From positions 1-64,000 of the forward strand of contig JBGANV010000012.1 of NCBI GenBank assembly GCA_044222185.1: a stretch of DNA of 64,000 nucleotides, written 5' to 3'. The stretch's first letter is position 1, and each line of letters opens with the position of its first letter. The position numbers and the translations under genes are program-made. Positions 20,113-30,202 of this stretch are shown here, piece by piece. A model generated the notes under the pieces. It did no database searches, was not told the DNA's origin, and saw only the letters and a program-made list of their open reading frames with translations. Origin of the DNA: Planctomycetota bacterium (GTDB lineage Bacteria; Planctomycetota; GCA-002687715; CAIWVZ01).

Positions 20113-21885
20113 ATGGCTGACACAGAACCTGTCGCCGCCTCCGGAGGCGACGGCACCGCTCCTTCACCGCTGGTTGGATTCGCCGCCCTCGGCGTCGCGC
20201 CCGAGATCCTCTCCGTTCTCACGGCCCTCGGATACGAAGAGCCCACTCCCATCCAACGCGAAGCGATCCCGCCGCTCCTCGCCGGGCGCGACCTCCTGGG
20301 CCAGGCCGCGACGGGCACCGGCAAGACGGCCGCGTTCGCGCTGCCGCTGCTTCAGTCGACGACGGTCGAGGAGCCCAAGCCCAACCGCCCTCGCGCACTC
20401 GTCTTGGTGCCGACGCGTGAGCTCGCCATGCAGGTCGCTGAGGCGATTCACAAGTACGGGAAGGAACGTCGGGCCACCGTCCTGCCGATCTACGGAGGGC
20501 AATCCATCGGGCAACAGCTGCGTGGACTCGATCGCGGCGTCTCCAGCATCGTTGCCACTCCCGGTCGCGCGCTCGATCACCTCGAGCGGGGGTCGATCAG
20601 CTTCGAAGACCTTCGGATGGTCGTGCTCGACGAGGCGGATGAGATGCTCAACATGGGCTTCGCCGAGGATCTGGATGCGATCCTGAAGCGCGCTCCGGCC
20701 AGCCGACAGACCGCGCTGTTCTCGGCGACGCTTCCGCCCCGGATTCTCGCGATTGCCGGGCGGCATCTGAAAGACCCCGTGCGGATCACGATCGCGCGTG
20801 AGCGACCCGTCGCGGGCGAACTGCCCCGCGTCCGCCAGACGGCATACATCGTGGCGCGCCCCCACAAGGCAGCCGCGCTCGGGCGGGTGCTCGACATGGA
20901 GACGCCCACGCTGGCGATCGTCTTCTGCCGCACGCGTCTCGAGGTCGAGGAGCTTCAGGAGGCGATGAGCGCGCATGGCTACCGCGCCGAAGCGCTTCAC
21001 GGCGGGCTCGCGCAGGAGCAACGGGACCGCGTCATGAAACGATTCCGTGGTGGCAAGGCGGACCTGCTGATCGCGACGGACGTAGCCGCGCGGGGCCTCG
21101 ACATCGACAGCCTGTCGCACGTCGTGAATTACGACTGCCCTTCCGAGCCCGAGGCCTACGTGCATCGCATCGGTCGCACGGGACGCGCCGGCCGCGAGGG
21201 TGTCGCCATCACGCTCGTCGAGCCGCGCGAGCATCGCCTGCTGCGCAACATCGAGTTCCTCACGCGACAGAAGATCACGATCGCAGCCATCCCGACGGTT
21301 GCCGATCTCCGGCACCGCCGGCTGGAGCTCACGCGGGCCCAGGTGAAAGAGGCCATGGTGGCAGGCGATCTGGAGATCTACCGCAGCCTCGTCGAGGCGC
21401 TCGCGTCCGACGCCGACATCATGGATGTGGCTGCGGCGGCGATGAAGCTTGCGCATCTCGCCGGGCGAGAGGAGTCCGGTGCGCCCGAGGACGAGATGGA
21501 CGTGCCGGCGCCCATGCCACCGCGCCCGGGTCCACGAGATCGTGGTCCGCGCGCGGATCGCCCACCTCGATCGGATGACGGATCGGATGGCGCCGCGTCA
21601 GACACGCCACCCCGACTCCCCACGGACGGCCCGCCCCAAGGGTTCGAGTCCACACGCTTGTTCATCGGTGCTGGCCGATTCGGGAACATCCGTCCCGGCG
21701 ACCTCGTCGGTGCGATCGCGGGGGAGACAGGCCTTCGTCGTGATGTGGTCGGAAGCATCCACATCGCCGATCGCTTCTCGATCGTCGAAGTGCGCGCCGA
21801 CTGCGCCGATCAGATCATTGCCGCACTGCGTGCCACGAAGCTGCGCGGCAAGCGGGTTCCCGTCCGCCGCGACCGCGAAGTCTGA
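20113..21885 (+). CDS. deaD: DEAD-box RNA helicase, DeaD/CsdA-like with C-terminal DbpA RNA-binding domain
   Basis: Q motif PTPIQ, ATGTGKT, PTRELA, TPGR, DEAD, SAT, ARGLD and HRIGRTGR, plus C-terminal RLFIGAG...IRPGDLVGAI. Confidence 0.92.
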   Translation: MADTEPVAASGGDGTAPSPLVGFAALGVAPEILSVLTALGYEEPTPIQREAIPPLLAGRDLLGQAATGTGKTAAFALPLLQSTTVEEPKPNRPRALVLVPTRELAMQVAEAIHKYGKERRATVLPIYGGQSIGQQLRGLDRGVSSIVATPGRALDHLERGSISFEDLRMVVLDEADEMLNMGFAEDLDAILKRAPASRQTALFSATLPPRILAIAGRHLKDPVRITIARERPVAGELPRVRQTAYIVARPHKAAALGRVLDMETPTLAIVFCRTRLEVEELQEAMSAHGYRAEALHGGLAQEQRDRVMKRFRGGKADLLIATDVAARGLDIDSLSHVVNYDCPSEPEAYVHRIGRTGRAGREGVAITLVEPREHRLLRNIEFLTRQKITIAAIPTVADLRHRRLELTRAQVKEAMVAGDLEIYRSLVEALASDADIMDVAAAAMKLAHLAGREESGAPEDEMDVPAPMPPRPGPRDRGPRADRPPRSDDGSDGAASDTPPRLPTDGPPQGFESTRLFIGAGRFGNIRPGDLVGAIAGETGLRRDVVGSIHIADRFSIVEVRADCADQIIAALRATKLRGKRVPVRRDREV

Positions 21886-21892
21886 TCGCCGC

Positions 21893-22573
21893 TGCGCGGA
21901 GCGCCAGGCTTCGAGCCTGGCCGGACCGGGCGGGCTCTGCCCGCCCGCGGGTCCCGCAGGGTGCGTGGTTCGCTGCAACGGCAGCGGACTGCACGTCCGC
22001 GATCGACATGTCGGACGCCGCGTCGAGGGAACGATGTCGGTCGCCGAACCGGCAGGGCTGGAGCCCTGCCAACCGGCCGCGTGGAACGCGGCGCTCCGCC
22101 GAATGCGACCGCACGGTGAAAACGAGTTTGCGCGGAGCGCCAGGCTTCGAGCCTGGCCGGACCGGGCGGGCTCTGCCCGCCCGCGGGTCCCGCGGAGTGC
22201 GTGGTTCGCTGCAACGTCAGCGGACCGCACGTCCGCGATCGACATGTCGGACGCCGCGTCGAGGGAACGGTGTCGGTCGCCGAACCGGCAGGGCTGGAGC
22301 CCTGCCAACCGGCCGCGCGGAACGCGGCGCTGCGTCGAATGCGACCGCGCGGCGTAAACGAGTTTGCGCGGAGCGCCAGGCTTCGAGCCTGGCCGGACCG
22401 GGCGGGCTCTGCCCGCCCGCGGGTTCCGCAGGGTGCGTGGTTCGCTGCAACGTCAGCGGACCGCACGTCCGCGATCGAGGCGCCGGACACCTGCGCGAGG
22501 GAACGGTGTCGGTCGCCGAACCGGCAGGGCTGGAGCCCTGCCAACCGGCCGCGCGGAACGCGGCGCTCCGCCG
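21893..22573. repeat. Three tandem 236-bp REPIN/BIME-like units
   Basis: Units start at 21893, 22129 and 22365. Each is bracketed by inverted GGAGCGCC...GGCGCT(C/G)C and holds several hairpins. The array lies between convergent genes. Confidence 0.92.
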
Positions 22574-22590
22574 GCGCGGCGCGAGTTGGG

Positions 22591-25395
22591 TCAGGGTTGG
22601 ATCGTGATCTTCAGCGCTGGCGTCGCGGCGAGGCCCTGCGAGCCGCAGGCGTCGGCGAAGAACGCCTGGCACCAGAAGTTGACACCGACCAGCGATGCCA
22701 CGTTCGGGATGCCGCCCCCGACGACGCCGCGGCCCGCGGAGTCCGCCGCGAGGTCGAGCGTCACGAACGGTCCCGGTCCGAGGTTGATGAGCACGTTCAC
22801 ACCGAACACGGAGAAGTTGGACGGACCCAGGCCGAATGCCAGCAGGCCACCGGCTCCCGGTTGCACGTTCTCCATCACGAGCGCGAACTCGGTGTTGTTG
22901 ACTTTCGGCTCCGAGTTGCCGGTGAGCGTCAGGTTGCCGTAGCAGCCGGCCGAAGACGCGCCCGAGTTCGTGAGTCCCTCGTCACCGTTGCGCGTGCCGT
23001 CGAGGTCGCGGTCGATCCCGATGCGGATGCCAGATCCGGGTGGAACGGCCATGAGCGTGAGCCACGCGGCGCCAGATGCCACCTGCGCCCGCAGGTTCGT
23101 CCAGGTGATGTTCGTCTCGGCGGACCGATCGGATCGGAACGACTGCGTTGCCGGGTCCCAGTACCAGCTGCGCGGCGCGGAGTTCAGCGTGCCCTCGGCG
23201 ACGAGGTCACAGTTGCCCAGCGTGACCTGCGCCGTCAGCAGGGTGAAGTCCGTCGCGACGGCCGTCGATGCTGCGTTGAGGCTGGTGACCGTTCGCGAAT
23301 ACCCGACTATGGGCTTCGATCCGGTCTCCATGCAGAGCAGGAACGATCCGACGTTCAGTCGGTTCGTGAGCTGCCCCGCGCCCGCCAGAGTGCCGAAGAA
23401 CCCCGCCGAGTGCACGTTGTTGAGCGTGTCACCAGATCCCTCGTGGTTGAAGCCGAATCCCGCCGTCGACGGTGCGCCGCGCTGGAATCCGAGTTTCTCG
23501 TACGTGAACCGGAGCTGCGGCACCTTCATGTTCTGGGGTTGGAGCGTCTGGGCCGTGGTGAGGATCGATCGGTTCGTCGTCGCCGTTCCGGCGTGGCAAT
23601 CCACACACCGTAGGCCGTTCACGCCACCGCCGGACAAGACGTTCGTCGTGAAGAACGTCTGCCCTGCCGCCGGGCTGCCCTGTTGGAGCGTTGCGGGCAG
23701 GGAATTGTCGAGCCCGCGGTTGGGGTTCGGCGGGAATTGGATCGTCCCGACGTAGCCGCTGAAGTCGATCAGGTCCGGCGGCGTGAGCTGGTTGCCGCCG
23801 AGGAGGCCCTGGAATGCGACGTTGAATGCGTTCATGTCCAGCCGATCCCCGCGCCAGTGAAGAGGAGTCGCGCCGGTGATGCCCTTCAGCGGCTGAGTCG
23901 TCATCGGTCCCTTCATGGGATGCATCTGGTAGCTGCTCGGCTGCCCGGCCGCTGGAAACGGGTTCGCGACGGTGAGCATGTTCCCGCCCGGATCTCCCAG
24001 GTCCCATGCGATGTGGTCCCAGTTCGCATCCACGTGGCAGGAGGCGCAAGACATCGTGCCGTTCGCCGACAGCTTGGCGTCGTAGAGGAATCCGCGGCCC
24101 TCGCGCGTCTGCAGAGTCTCGGGGCTCCCCACGGCGAGCTTGCGCTCGGACAGCACGGTGTTGTTGCCCGTGTCGATGGTCTGGACCGTCTGGCTCAGTC
24201 GGTTCAGCACGTAAAGCCGTGCCTCGATCGGGTGCAGGGCGAGCCCGCGCGGGCCCTTCTTGGTGCGCGGGTTGGTCGTCGGACCAGCCGGGCCGAGATC
24301 GATGCGAGCCGTGACCGCCCCGTTCGGCGCGACGATCCCGATTCGGTCCGTGCCGAGCGCTGCGACGTAGAGCTGTGTACCGGCCGCGTTCCAGATGACG
24401 TCCGTCGGCGACGCGAGCGCCGAGCTGAGCGACGCGTTGTCCGGGAAGAGCGTGTAGTTCGTGGACGGGTTCAGGTCGAACGGCGTGACGGTGGCAGGTG
24501 CGCTTCCGACGGCCACGCGCGTGACGCGGTTGTCGACCACGTGCCCCTTCAGCACCGGCTCGAAGAACGTCAGGTTTCGCGCCTCGGTGTTCGCGACCCA
24601 AAGGTTCCCCGTCCCCGGTTGGACGGCGATTCCGAAGTTCATCGTCCCGACGCCGCTGTAGTTCGTCGTGACCACGTACTGGTTCGCGTCGATCTGGACG
24701 ACGTCGTTGTCGGGGAGCGTGAAGTTGATCTGCGCCGCGAACGCGGGGTTCGTGATGGAGACGACACGGCCGACGACGGGAGGCGTCGGCAGGGCCGTGT
24801 TCGTCGGCGGCGACTGGGGCGGCGCCGTCCCGAACGGGATGGTCGTCGTTCCGTTACCCGATTCCGTGACGACGACGTAGACGGCCGAGCCGTCGGGCTT
24901 CACCGCGAGGGCCCGCGGATCCTCACCGAAGATTGGGATGCTCGCGACGAGTCCGTGCGTGCTGAGGTCGTAGACGTTCACGAGGTTGGACTGAGACACG
25001 CTGACGAAGGCCCGAAGCGGCGAGCCCGCGAACACCACGTCGGCGGGCTCGTCCTTGACGTAGATCGTGTCCGTCACGACGCCGAGCGCGAGCGAGATGA
25101 TGCTCACGCTGTCGCTCAGGTGGTTGACCACCCAGATCTCGTCCGAGCTCCAAGCCGCCACGGAGACGGGCTCCATGCCGACGGCGATCTCCTTCAGGAG
25201 CACCGGGGACGACGGGTTGGCGAGCGAGAAGACCGAGAGCCGGTTGTCGGGCGTGTTCACCGCGAGCAGCGTCATCCCGTCGGGCGTGACGGCGATGGGG
25301 TGCGTCTGCGGGCTCTCATAGTTGACGTAGGACTGACCGAGGACGCAGCTCGCGAGGACCGCGAGGAACACGATCGTTGTTTGAGACCGTCGCAT
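22591..25395 (-). CDS. Secreted YncE-like beta-propeller fused to a di-heme cytochrome c (CCP/MauG-like) domain, with the shared C-terminal domain
   Basis: Signal peptide, YVTN-like repeats (IAVGMEPVSV, WVVNHLSDSVSII), heme motifs CASCH and CVDCH, LHWRGDR and KVPQLR. Confidence 0.87.
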   Translation of the reverse strand: MRRSQTTIVFLAVLASCVLGQSYVNYESPQTHPIAVTPDGMTLLAVNTPDNRLSVFSLANPSSPVLLKEIAVGMEPVSVAAWSSDEIWVVNHLSDSVSIISLALGVVTDTIYVKDEPADVVFAGSPLRAFVSVSQSNLVNVYDLSTHGLVASIPIFGEDPRALAVKPDGSAVYVVVTESGNGTTTIPFGTAPPQSPPTNTALPTPPVVGRVVSITNPAFAAQINFTLPDNDVVQIDANQYVVTTNYSGVGTMNFGIAVQPGTGNLWVANTEARNLTFFEPVLKGHVVDNRVTRVAVGSAPATVTPFDLNPSTNYTLFPDNASLSSALASPTDVIWNAAGTQLYVAALGTDRIGIVAPNGAVTARIDLGPAGPTTNPRTKKGPRGLALHPIEARLYVLNRLSQTVQTIDTGNNTVLSERKLAVGSPETLQTREGRGFLYDAKLSANGTMSCASCHVDANWDHIAWDLGDPGGNMLTVANPFPAAGQPSSYQMHPMKGPMTTQPLKGITGATPLHWRGDRLDMNAFNVAFQGLLGGNQLTPPDLIDFSGYVGTIQFPPNPNRGLDNSLPATLQQGSPAAGQTFFTTNVLSGGGVNGLRCVDCHAGTATTNRSILTTAQTLQPQNMKVPQLRFTYEKLGFQRGAPSTAGFGFNHEGSGDTLNNVHSAGFFGTLAGAGQLTNRLNVGSFLLCMETGSKPIVGYSRTVTSLNAASTAVATDFTLLTAQVTLGNCDLVAEGTLNSAPRSWYWDPATQSFRSDRSAETNITWTNLRAQVASGAAWLTLMAVPPGSGIRIGIDRDLDGTRNGDEGLTNSGASSAGCYGNLTLTGNSEPKVNNTEFALVMENVQPGAGGLLAFGLGPSNFSVFGVNVLINLGPGPFVTLDLAADSAGRGVVGGGIPNVASLVGVNFWCQAFFADACGSQGLAATPALKITIQP

Positions 25396-25967
25396 GTGAT
25401 GTCGACTCCACTCCGCCCGCCCCTGACCGGCCAGCACGACGCCGCACACGGCAGGCATCCGGGGCCGGCCGACCGCATCAGTCGGGGCGATCATAGTGGA
25501 TGGTCCCGGCGTCGGCGTAATGTTTCCTGTCGGGTTCTTTCACCTGGAAGGCGAGGTCTGGGATGCCGCGGCGGCGCGGCTCCTGAGACCCCGGGGGGCG
25601 AGGCGACGCGCGCCGCTGAGATCGGTTGCGCCGTCGGGGACTGGCAGGTGCGCGGTCGCACGCCGTTGCGCGGTGCGTGATGGTCGCGAGCCGTGCTCGC
25701 GCTGGGCATTCCGGCAGATCGCCGCGCCGTCGAGCGGATCCGCTCGGCACGGGTGCAGTGATCGCGCGTTCGCCACGAGCGGCCGGCGGAGGATTCGCCC
25801 GAGGCGATCGCCGCGCCGGGTCCCGCCGACGGTCGCCGAGCCATGGGCCCGTGCCGCCGCGCTCCCGAGTAACGCGGCGCCACCGAATCCGCCACCGCTG
25901 GTCGGTCGGGAATGCGGCGAGGCGCACCTGCGTCGCGCGCGTTCCCGACCCCCACACGGAGGTCTCG

Positions 25968-28796
25968 ATGTCTCACCGAGTTTCAGCCCCATGCGCCCGC
26001 GTGGCGCAGGCCGCCTGCATCTTCTCGCTCGCATGCCTCGTCGCGAGCGCCCAGTGCCAGTTCGCAGACGACCCACTGTGCGCGCATCTCTTCCCGCGGG
26101 GATCGCAAGCCGCCGGCACGACGAGCCTGACGTTCATCCCCGCATTGAGCCCGCCGCCCGGGGGGTTCTCGGGGACGTACGTTTTCGCGTTCACGGACAC
26201 GGCGGGTGGCGGCGACGACCTCGCCTACACACTCGACCTGTCTGACCCGGCGATCACCGGGGGCCGCATCAAGATCACGGAAGCCAGCCTGAACGTGCAG
26301 CCGTTGACGGAAGCGCGTGTGCTCTTTCGCGACCAGGCCGGTGCCGTTCTGTCGGCCGCCCAGCAGGCCGCCTACCTCACGACGACGCTCGTGAACGTGG
26401 TTGCGGACTTCAACGCTCCCTCCGTCACGCTGACCTACACGGACGCGACGTCCGGGAGCCCGCCTGTCGTGCGGACGCGGACCACCGAGATCGCCCTCGT
26501 GAAGAAGGCTCTGAAGATCCGGTGCCGCGCGACGAGCACCACGACGGCGGCGTTCGACAACTACGCCGGCTTCGAAGTCGGGGCACTGAAGGGGAACGAC
26601 CCGAAAGACCTCAAGATCCCCTTCGCCGTCTCCACTCCGATCGCGCGCGTTTCCAGTCTCACGAGCGGTGGGCCTCGCGGCTTCATCACCACACAGGTCG
26701 ATTGGGCCGCATCGAACGCGTCGAACTCCAGCCAGCCCGAGGTGGAGGTCGTTCCACCCGGTCCGTCCGACCCGACTCTCCTGCGAAACTCCTACCGCCT
26801 CGACTATGACGTGAACTCGGTCTCTGGGATCAACGCGCCGTTGGACGAGACCATCTGGGCGGAGGTGACACGAAACCTCTGGGACGCGTTCTGGGAGACG
26901 ACCGCCGCCCCTTCGCCCTATCGCGAGATCCTGCGCACCCGCCTCGTGACGTTGGAGCGAGATCCGCAGGCCGGGTCAGGCGGTGGGGGATTCCCCTCGT
27001 CGTGGGGCGGGTTCGCCCAGCACTATGCCCAGCACTACGCCGCCTGGGGCATGGACCATCTGGCCATCTGGCACAACCATGACTGGAGCGTGACGCAGGT
27101 CCCCACGAGCCCGTGCTCGGGGCCGTGCTCGCAGGTTCCGGTACAGGCGTGGTTCCCCGCGGTCAGTGCTCACGGCGTCCCGCCGATGGTCAGCACCGCC
27201 ACGTCGCTCGGATTCCTCTACGGGCTGTACACGCTGTACGACGTGAATCCGTCCCTGCCCGGTTTCGATCGCACCAGCATCCTGTGGAACGCGCCGCTTG
27301 CTTGGACCGCGACCCCGCCGTGCATCGGACCGTCGCCGTTGCCGTCCCCCGTTCCGAGCGCCATGTCGCCCACGGCGATGATCGGGTACGCGGCCTCGGA
27401 TGAAGCCACGATTCACGCGGCATACGGGACGACGCTGTCCTACGGCGACGTGATGGGATACCAGCATCCGGGGAGGTGGGTCGACCTCGACATGTGCAAT
27501 CCCTCGAAGGCCAAGACGACCCGTGACGCCCTGCGCGACATCCGCGCACTGTTCAACGCGCGCCAGGACATTCACTCCGGCCCGGCCCTGTCCGAGGGCG
27601 CCGTGGGACGGACCTCCGACAACTACGAGATCCTCTACGCGGGGCTCGTGGATGCCGCCGAGGGCACCATCGATACGTGCTGTTTCTGCGATCCCGGATC
27701 GAGCCTCCGGGCGACGCACTCCCAGTCGCCCCGCAACTGGTGGGTGGTGCCCGACTACTCGCTGCTCGTGCGCAATCGCGCCCAGGTCAGCTGGGGACTC
27801 GGCACGTTCGACCGGTTCTTCCCCACGTCGATCTCGCAGACGCTGCCGCTCTCAGCCTCGGACCTGCGCACCTACCGTGCCTACGAAGTGACGTACGGTA
27901 CGACGGGGTACTGGCAATCGCTTGGACCGATCGACGGCGACAACTACGCGGGATCCCCGACCTATCCAAACGACCTGCGTTATGCCGACATGGTTCGCGA
28001 GTACTACATGATGCAGGCACTTCAGGAGGAGTACCTCGGATCCACGCCGACGGCCGTCGAGTACGAGACGGGAACGGTGGGCTCGGGCCAGTTCAGCACT
28101 GCCTCGGCGCGAGTGCTCGCATCGTCGAGCGCGAATCCACTGGACGACTTCCGCAATCCGCGCCTGCGGATCACCTATCAGAATGGCCTCACGATCTGGG
28201 TGAACCACGGTTCGACGCGGTGGGACGTCGGTCCCATCGGCGGGGTCACGTACGGACTGTTCGAGGACGGGTTCATCGCCCATGACCCGGCGACCGGCTT
28301 GCGGGTGTTCTCGGCCCGACCCTCCGACCTGCGGCCGAGCGAGCCGCAAGTGCCCTTCGATTACGCCGACGTCCCGAACCGCTGGACGATGCTCGACGGC
28401 CGTGGTCAGGTGAGCCACTACGACGGCCTCGACGCGACGGCCAACGGCATCGTGGTGGAGAACGTGCTCAAGAACGTGAAGATCACGGAGGATGCGAGTC
28501 ACGTGCTCAGCACCGCCACGCTCTCCAGCTCGCCGCCCAGCGTCGCGTCGCTGACGCTTTCAGCGCCGGCAACGATGCAGGTGGGGCGCACGGCACTCGC
28601 CAAGCCGATCGCAAACTACGACAACGGGGCCCACGTGGAGTTCCCCTACCTCCAGGGGACGTTCTCGTCCGACGACCCGACGAAGGTGAGAGTGAACTCC
28701 GCCGGCGTGCTGAGGGCGATCGCACCCGGAAGTCCGCTCATCACGTTCGTGGCTCCCGGATTCACGGCATCGTGGCGAGTGACCGTCGTGCCGTGA
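25968..28796 (+). CDS. Large secreted protein, putative glycoside hydrolase-like catalytic barrel with C-terminal Big_2 Ig-like domain
   Basis: GGAGG RBS and signal peptide. Central GFLYGLYTLYD / SYGDVM / LSEG motifs; C-terminal FSSDDPTKVRVNSAGVLRAIAPG is Big_2-like. Confidence 0.65.
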   Translation: MSHRVSAPCARVAQAACIFSLACLVASAQCQFADDPLCAHLFPRGSQAAGTTSLTFIPALSPPPGGFSGTYVFAFTDTAGGGDDLAYTLDLSDPAITGGRIKITEASLNVQPLTEARVLFRDQAGAVLSAAQQAAYLTTTLVNVVADFNAPSVTLTYTDATSGSPPVVRTRTTEIALVKKALKIRCRATSTTTAAFDNYAGFEVGALKGNDPKDLKIPFAVSTPIARVSSLTSGGPRGFITTQVDWAASNASNSSQPEVEVVPPGPSDPTLLRNSYRLDYDVNSVSGINAPLDETIWAEVTRNLWDAFWETTAAPSPYREILRTRLVTLERDPQAGSGGGGFPSSWGGFAQHYAQHYAAWGMDHLAIWHNHDWSVTQVPTSPCSGPCSQVPVQAWFPAVSAHGVPPMVSTATSLGFLYGLYTLYDVNPSLPGFDRTSILWNAPLAWTATPPCIGPSPLPSPVPSAMSPTAMIGYAASDEATIHAAYGTTLSYGDVMGYQHPGRWVDLDMCNPSKAKTTRDALRDIRALFNARQDIHSGPALSEGAVGRTSDNYEILYAGLVDAAEGTIDTCCFCDPGSSLRATHSQSPRNWWVVPDYSLLVRNRAQVSWGLGTFDRFFPTSISQTLPLSASDLRTYRAYEVTYGTTGYWQSLGPIDGDNYAGSPTYPNDLRYADMVREYYMMQALQEEYLGSTPTAVEYETGTVGSGQFSTASARVLASSSANPLDDFRNPRLRITYQNGLTIWVNHGSTRWDVGPIGGVTYGLFEDGFIAHDPATGLRVFSARPSDLRPSEPQVPFDYADVPNRWTMLDGRGQVSHYDGLDATANGIVVENVLKNVKITEDASHVLSTATLSSSPPSVASLTLSAPATMQVGRTALAKPIANYDNGAHVEFPYLQGTFSSDDPTKVRVNSAGVLRAIAPGSPLITFVAPGFTASWRVTVVP

Positions 28797-28807
28797 ACCG
28801 CGCCGGG

Positions 28808-30088
28808 TCAACGGTCCGCGGCGTTGTTGGCGATCTGCACGCTGCCCTTGCTGCGGTTCGTGATGCGCGCAGCACCCGTGAACACGTTGTCCGTCACGAC
28901 CGCGCGGCGCACGGCCTCGCCCAGTTCGACCTGGGCGAGATCGCGGCGGAATTCGCACCCGCGGATGAGCGCGGTTCCTCCGCCGACCTGGATCGCGTGG
29001 CGTCCTTCGTGCCGCGCGTCCCAATCCGCGAACGTGCAATCGGAAAACCCGACGGTGCCGCTGCCGCCGATCCGTGCGATCTGGCGGCACGGGCCCCAGA
29101 ACGCGCAGTTGACGAATCGCACGCTGCCCGTGTGCGACGCCGCGACCTCGACCATCGTGGGATCGGCGCCGTGGAAGGACACGAACTGGCCGTTGGTGAT
29201 CAAGAGACCATAGGGCGCGCTCTGCTCCACGACGACGGCGGTCTCGCAGTCGTCGGCGCCGAGTCCGAGGAAGTTCCCGTTGCAGACTCCGGCCCGGCTG
29301 GCGCGGAATCGGTATCCGACGTGGTAGCCGAAGCAGAACGTGTCGAGTACGTACTGCCAGTCGGTGCGTGCGAACACGAATGCCTCCCCGTTCGCCATCT
29401 GCCAGGCGAGAAGCTTGGGCTTGAGGCTCCACCACGGGTTGAAGTGCACGTTCTCGATCCTGCCGACGTCGTAGATCTCGTCCACCGAGATTCCCCGGTG
29501 GAGCGGCTGCCCATGAACGTCGCGGATCAGATGCCGCTCGTTGCGCGTCGCGTCGATTCCGTCGAACGGATTGAGCATCTCGACGGCGATGACCGCGGGG
29601 TTCTTGCCGCGCATGGCGATCGCCCAGGGATAGGGTAGGGGCGCGTCATCCTCCTTCTGCTTGGGCCAGTAGAGCACCACCCCACGCAACGTGCTGTTGG
29701 TGTCGAGCGTGATGAACGCATCGCCGCCCTCCCGGCCGGCACCTTCGGTGACGAGGAACGTCGTCCCGTCGTCGGTGGGCCTGGGGAGTCCCGCGTCCCG
29801 CAGGCCGTTGTGGGCCGGGACGGACTCCCAGACGCCCTTCAACGTGACTGCAGACGGCACGCGCAGGTGGCCGGCGAAGAAGTAGTTCCCGCGCGGTGCG
29901 ACCACGACACCGCCGCCGGCCTTGCCCGCGGCGTCGAGCGCACGCTGGAAGGCCTCCGTATCGTCCGTCGCCCCGTCGGCCTTCGCGCCGAAGCTGCGGA
30001 CGTCGAGGGTGGTCGGGCGGTCTTGCGCTGCTGCCGGTGACGAGGCGAGCGCGCATGTGAACACGAGCGCGGTCCAGCGTGGGCTCAT
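28808..30088 (-). CDS. Right-handed beta-helix protein (pectate lyase superfamily 3 / GH28-related)
   Basis: Signal peptide, DVRSFGAKADGATDDTEAFQRALD...GGVVVAPRGNY and beta-helix repeats. Confidence 0.88.
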   Translation of the reverse strand: MSPRWTALVFTCALASSPAAAQDRPTTLDVRSFGAKADGATDDTEAFQRALDAAGKAGGGVVVAPRGNYFFAGHLRVPSAVTLKGVWESVPAHNGLRDAGLPRPTDDGTTFLVTEGAGREGGDAFITLDTNSTLRGVVLYWPKQKEDDAPLPYPWAIAMRGKNPAVIAVEMLNPFDGIDATRNERHLIRDVHGQPLHRGISVDEIYDVGRIENVHFNPWWSLKPKLLAWQMANGEAFVFARTDWQYVLDTFCFGYHVGYRFRASRAGVCNGNFLGLGADDCETAVVVEQSAPYGLLITNGQFVSFHGADPTMVEVAASHTGSVRFVNCAFWGPCRQIARIGGSGTVGFSDCTFADWDARHEGRHAIQVGGGTALIRGCEFRRDLAQVELGEAVRRAVVTDNVFTGAARITNRSKGSVQIANNAADR

Positions 30089-30202
30089 GGTCGCATTCCG
30101 TCTCCCTCGAACGACCGCCGCGCGGTCGGGGGGGCGTTCGCCCTCGGGCGCAGTGGCCGGGCGCCGGCGTGCGCCGGCACCCACGTCACGCCATTCGATC
30201 GA

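Noticed and set aside
21640-21655. GGTTCGAGTCC, a tRNA T-loop-like sequence
   Set aside because: It lies inside the helicase CDS with no cloverleaf; no tRNA or rRNA was found in the window.
21893-22573. CRISPR array interpretation of the tandem repeats
   Set aside because: The whole 236-bp unit is repeated with no unique spacers, there are no cas genes, and the terminal motifs recur as dispersed REPs.
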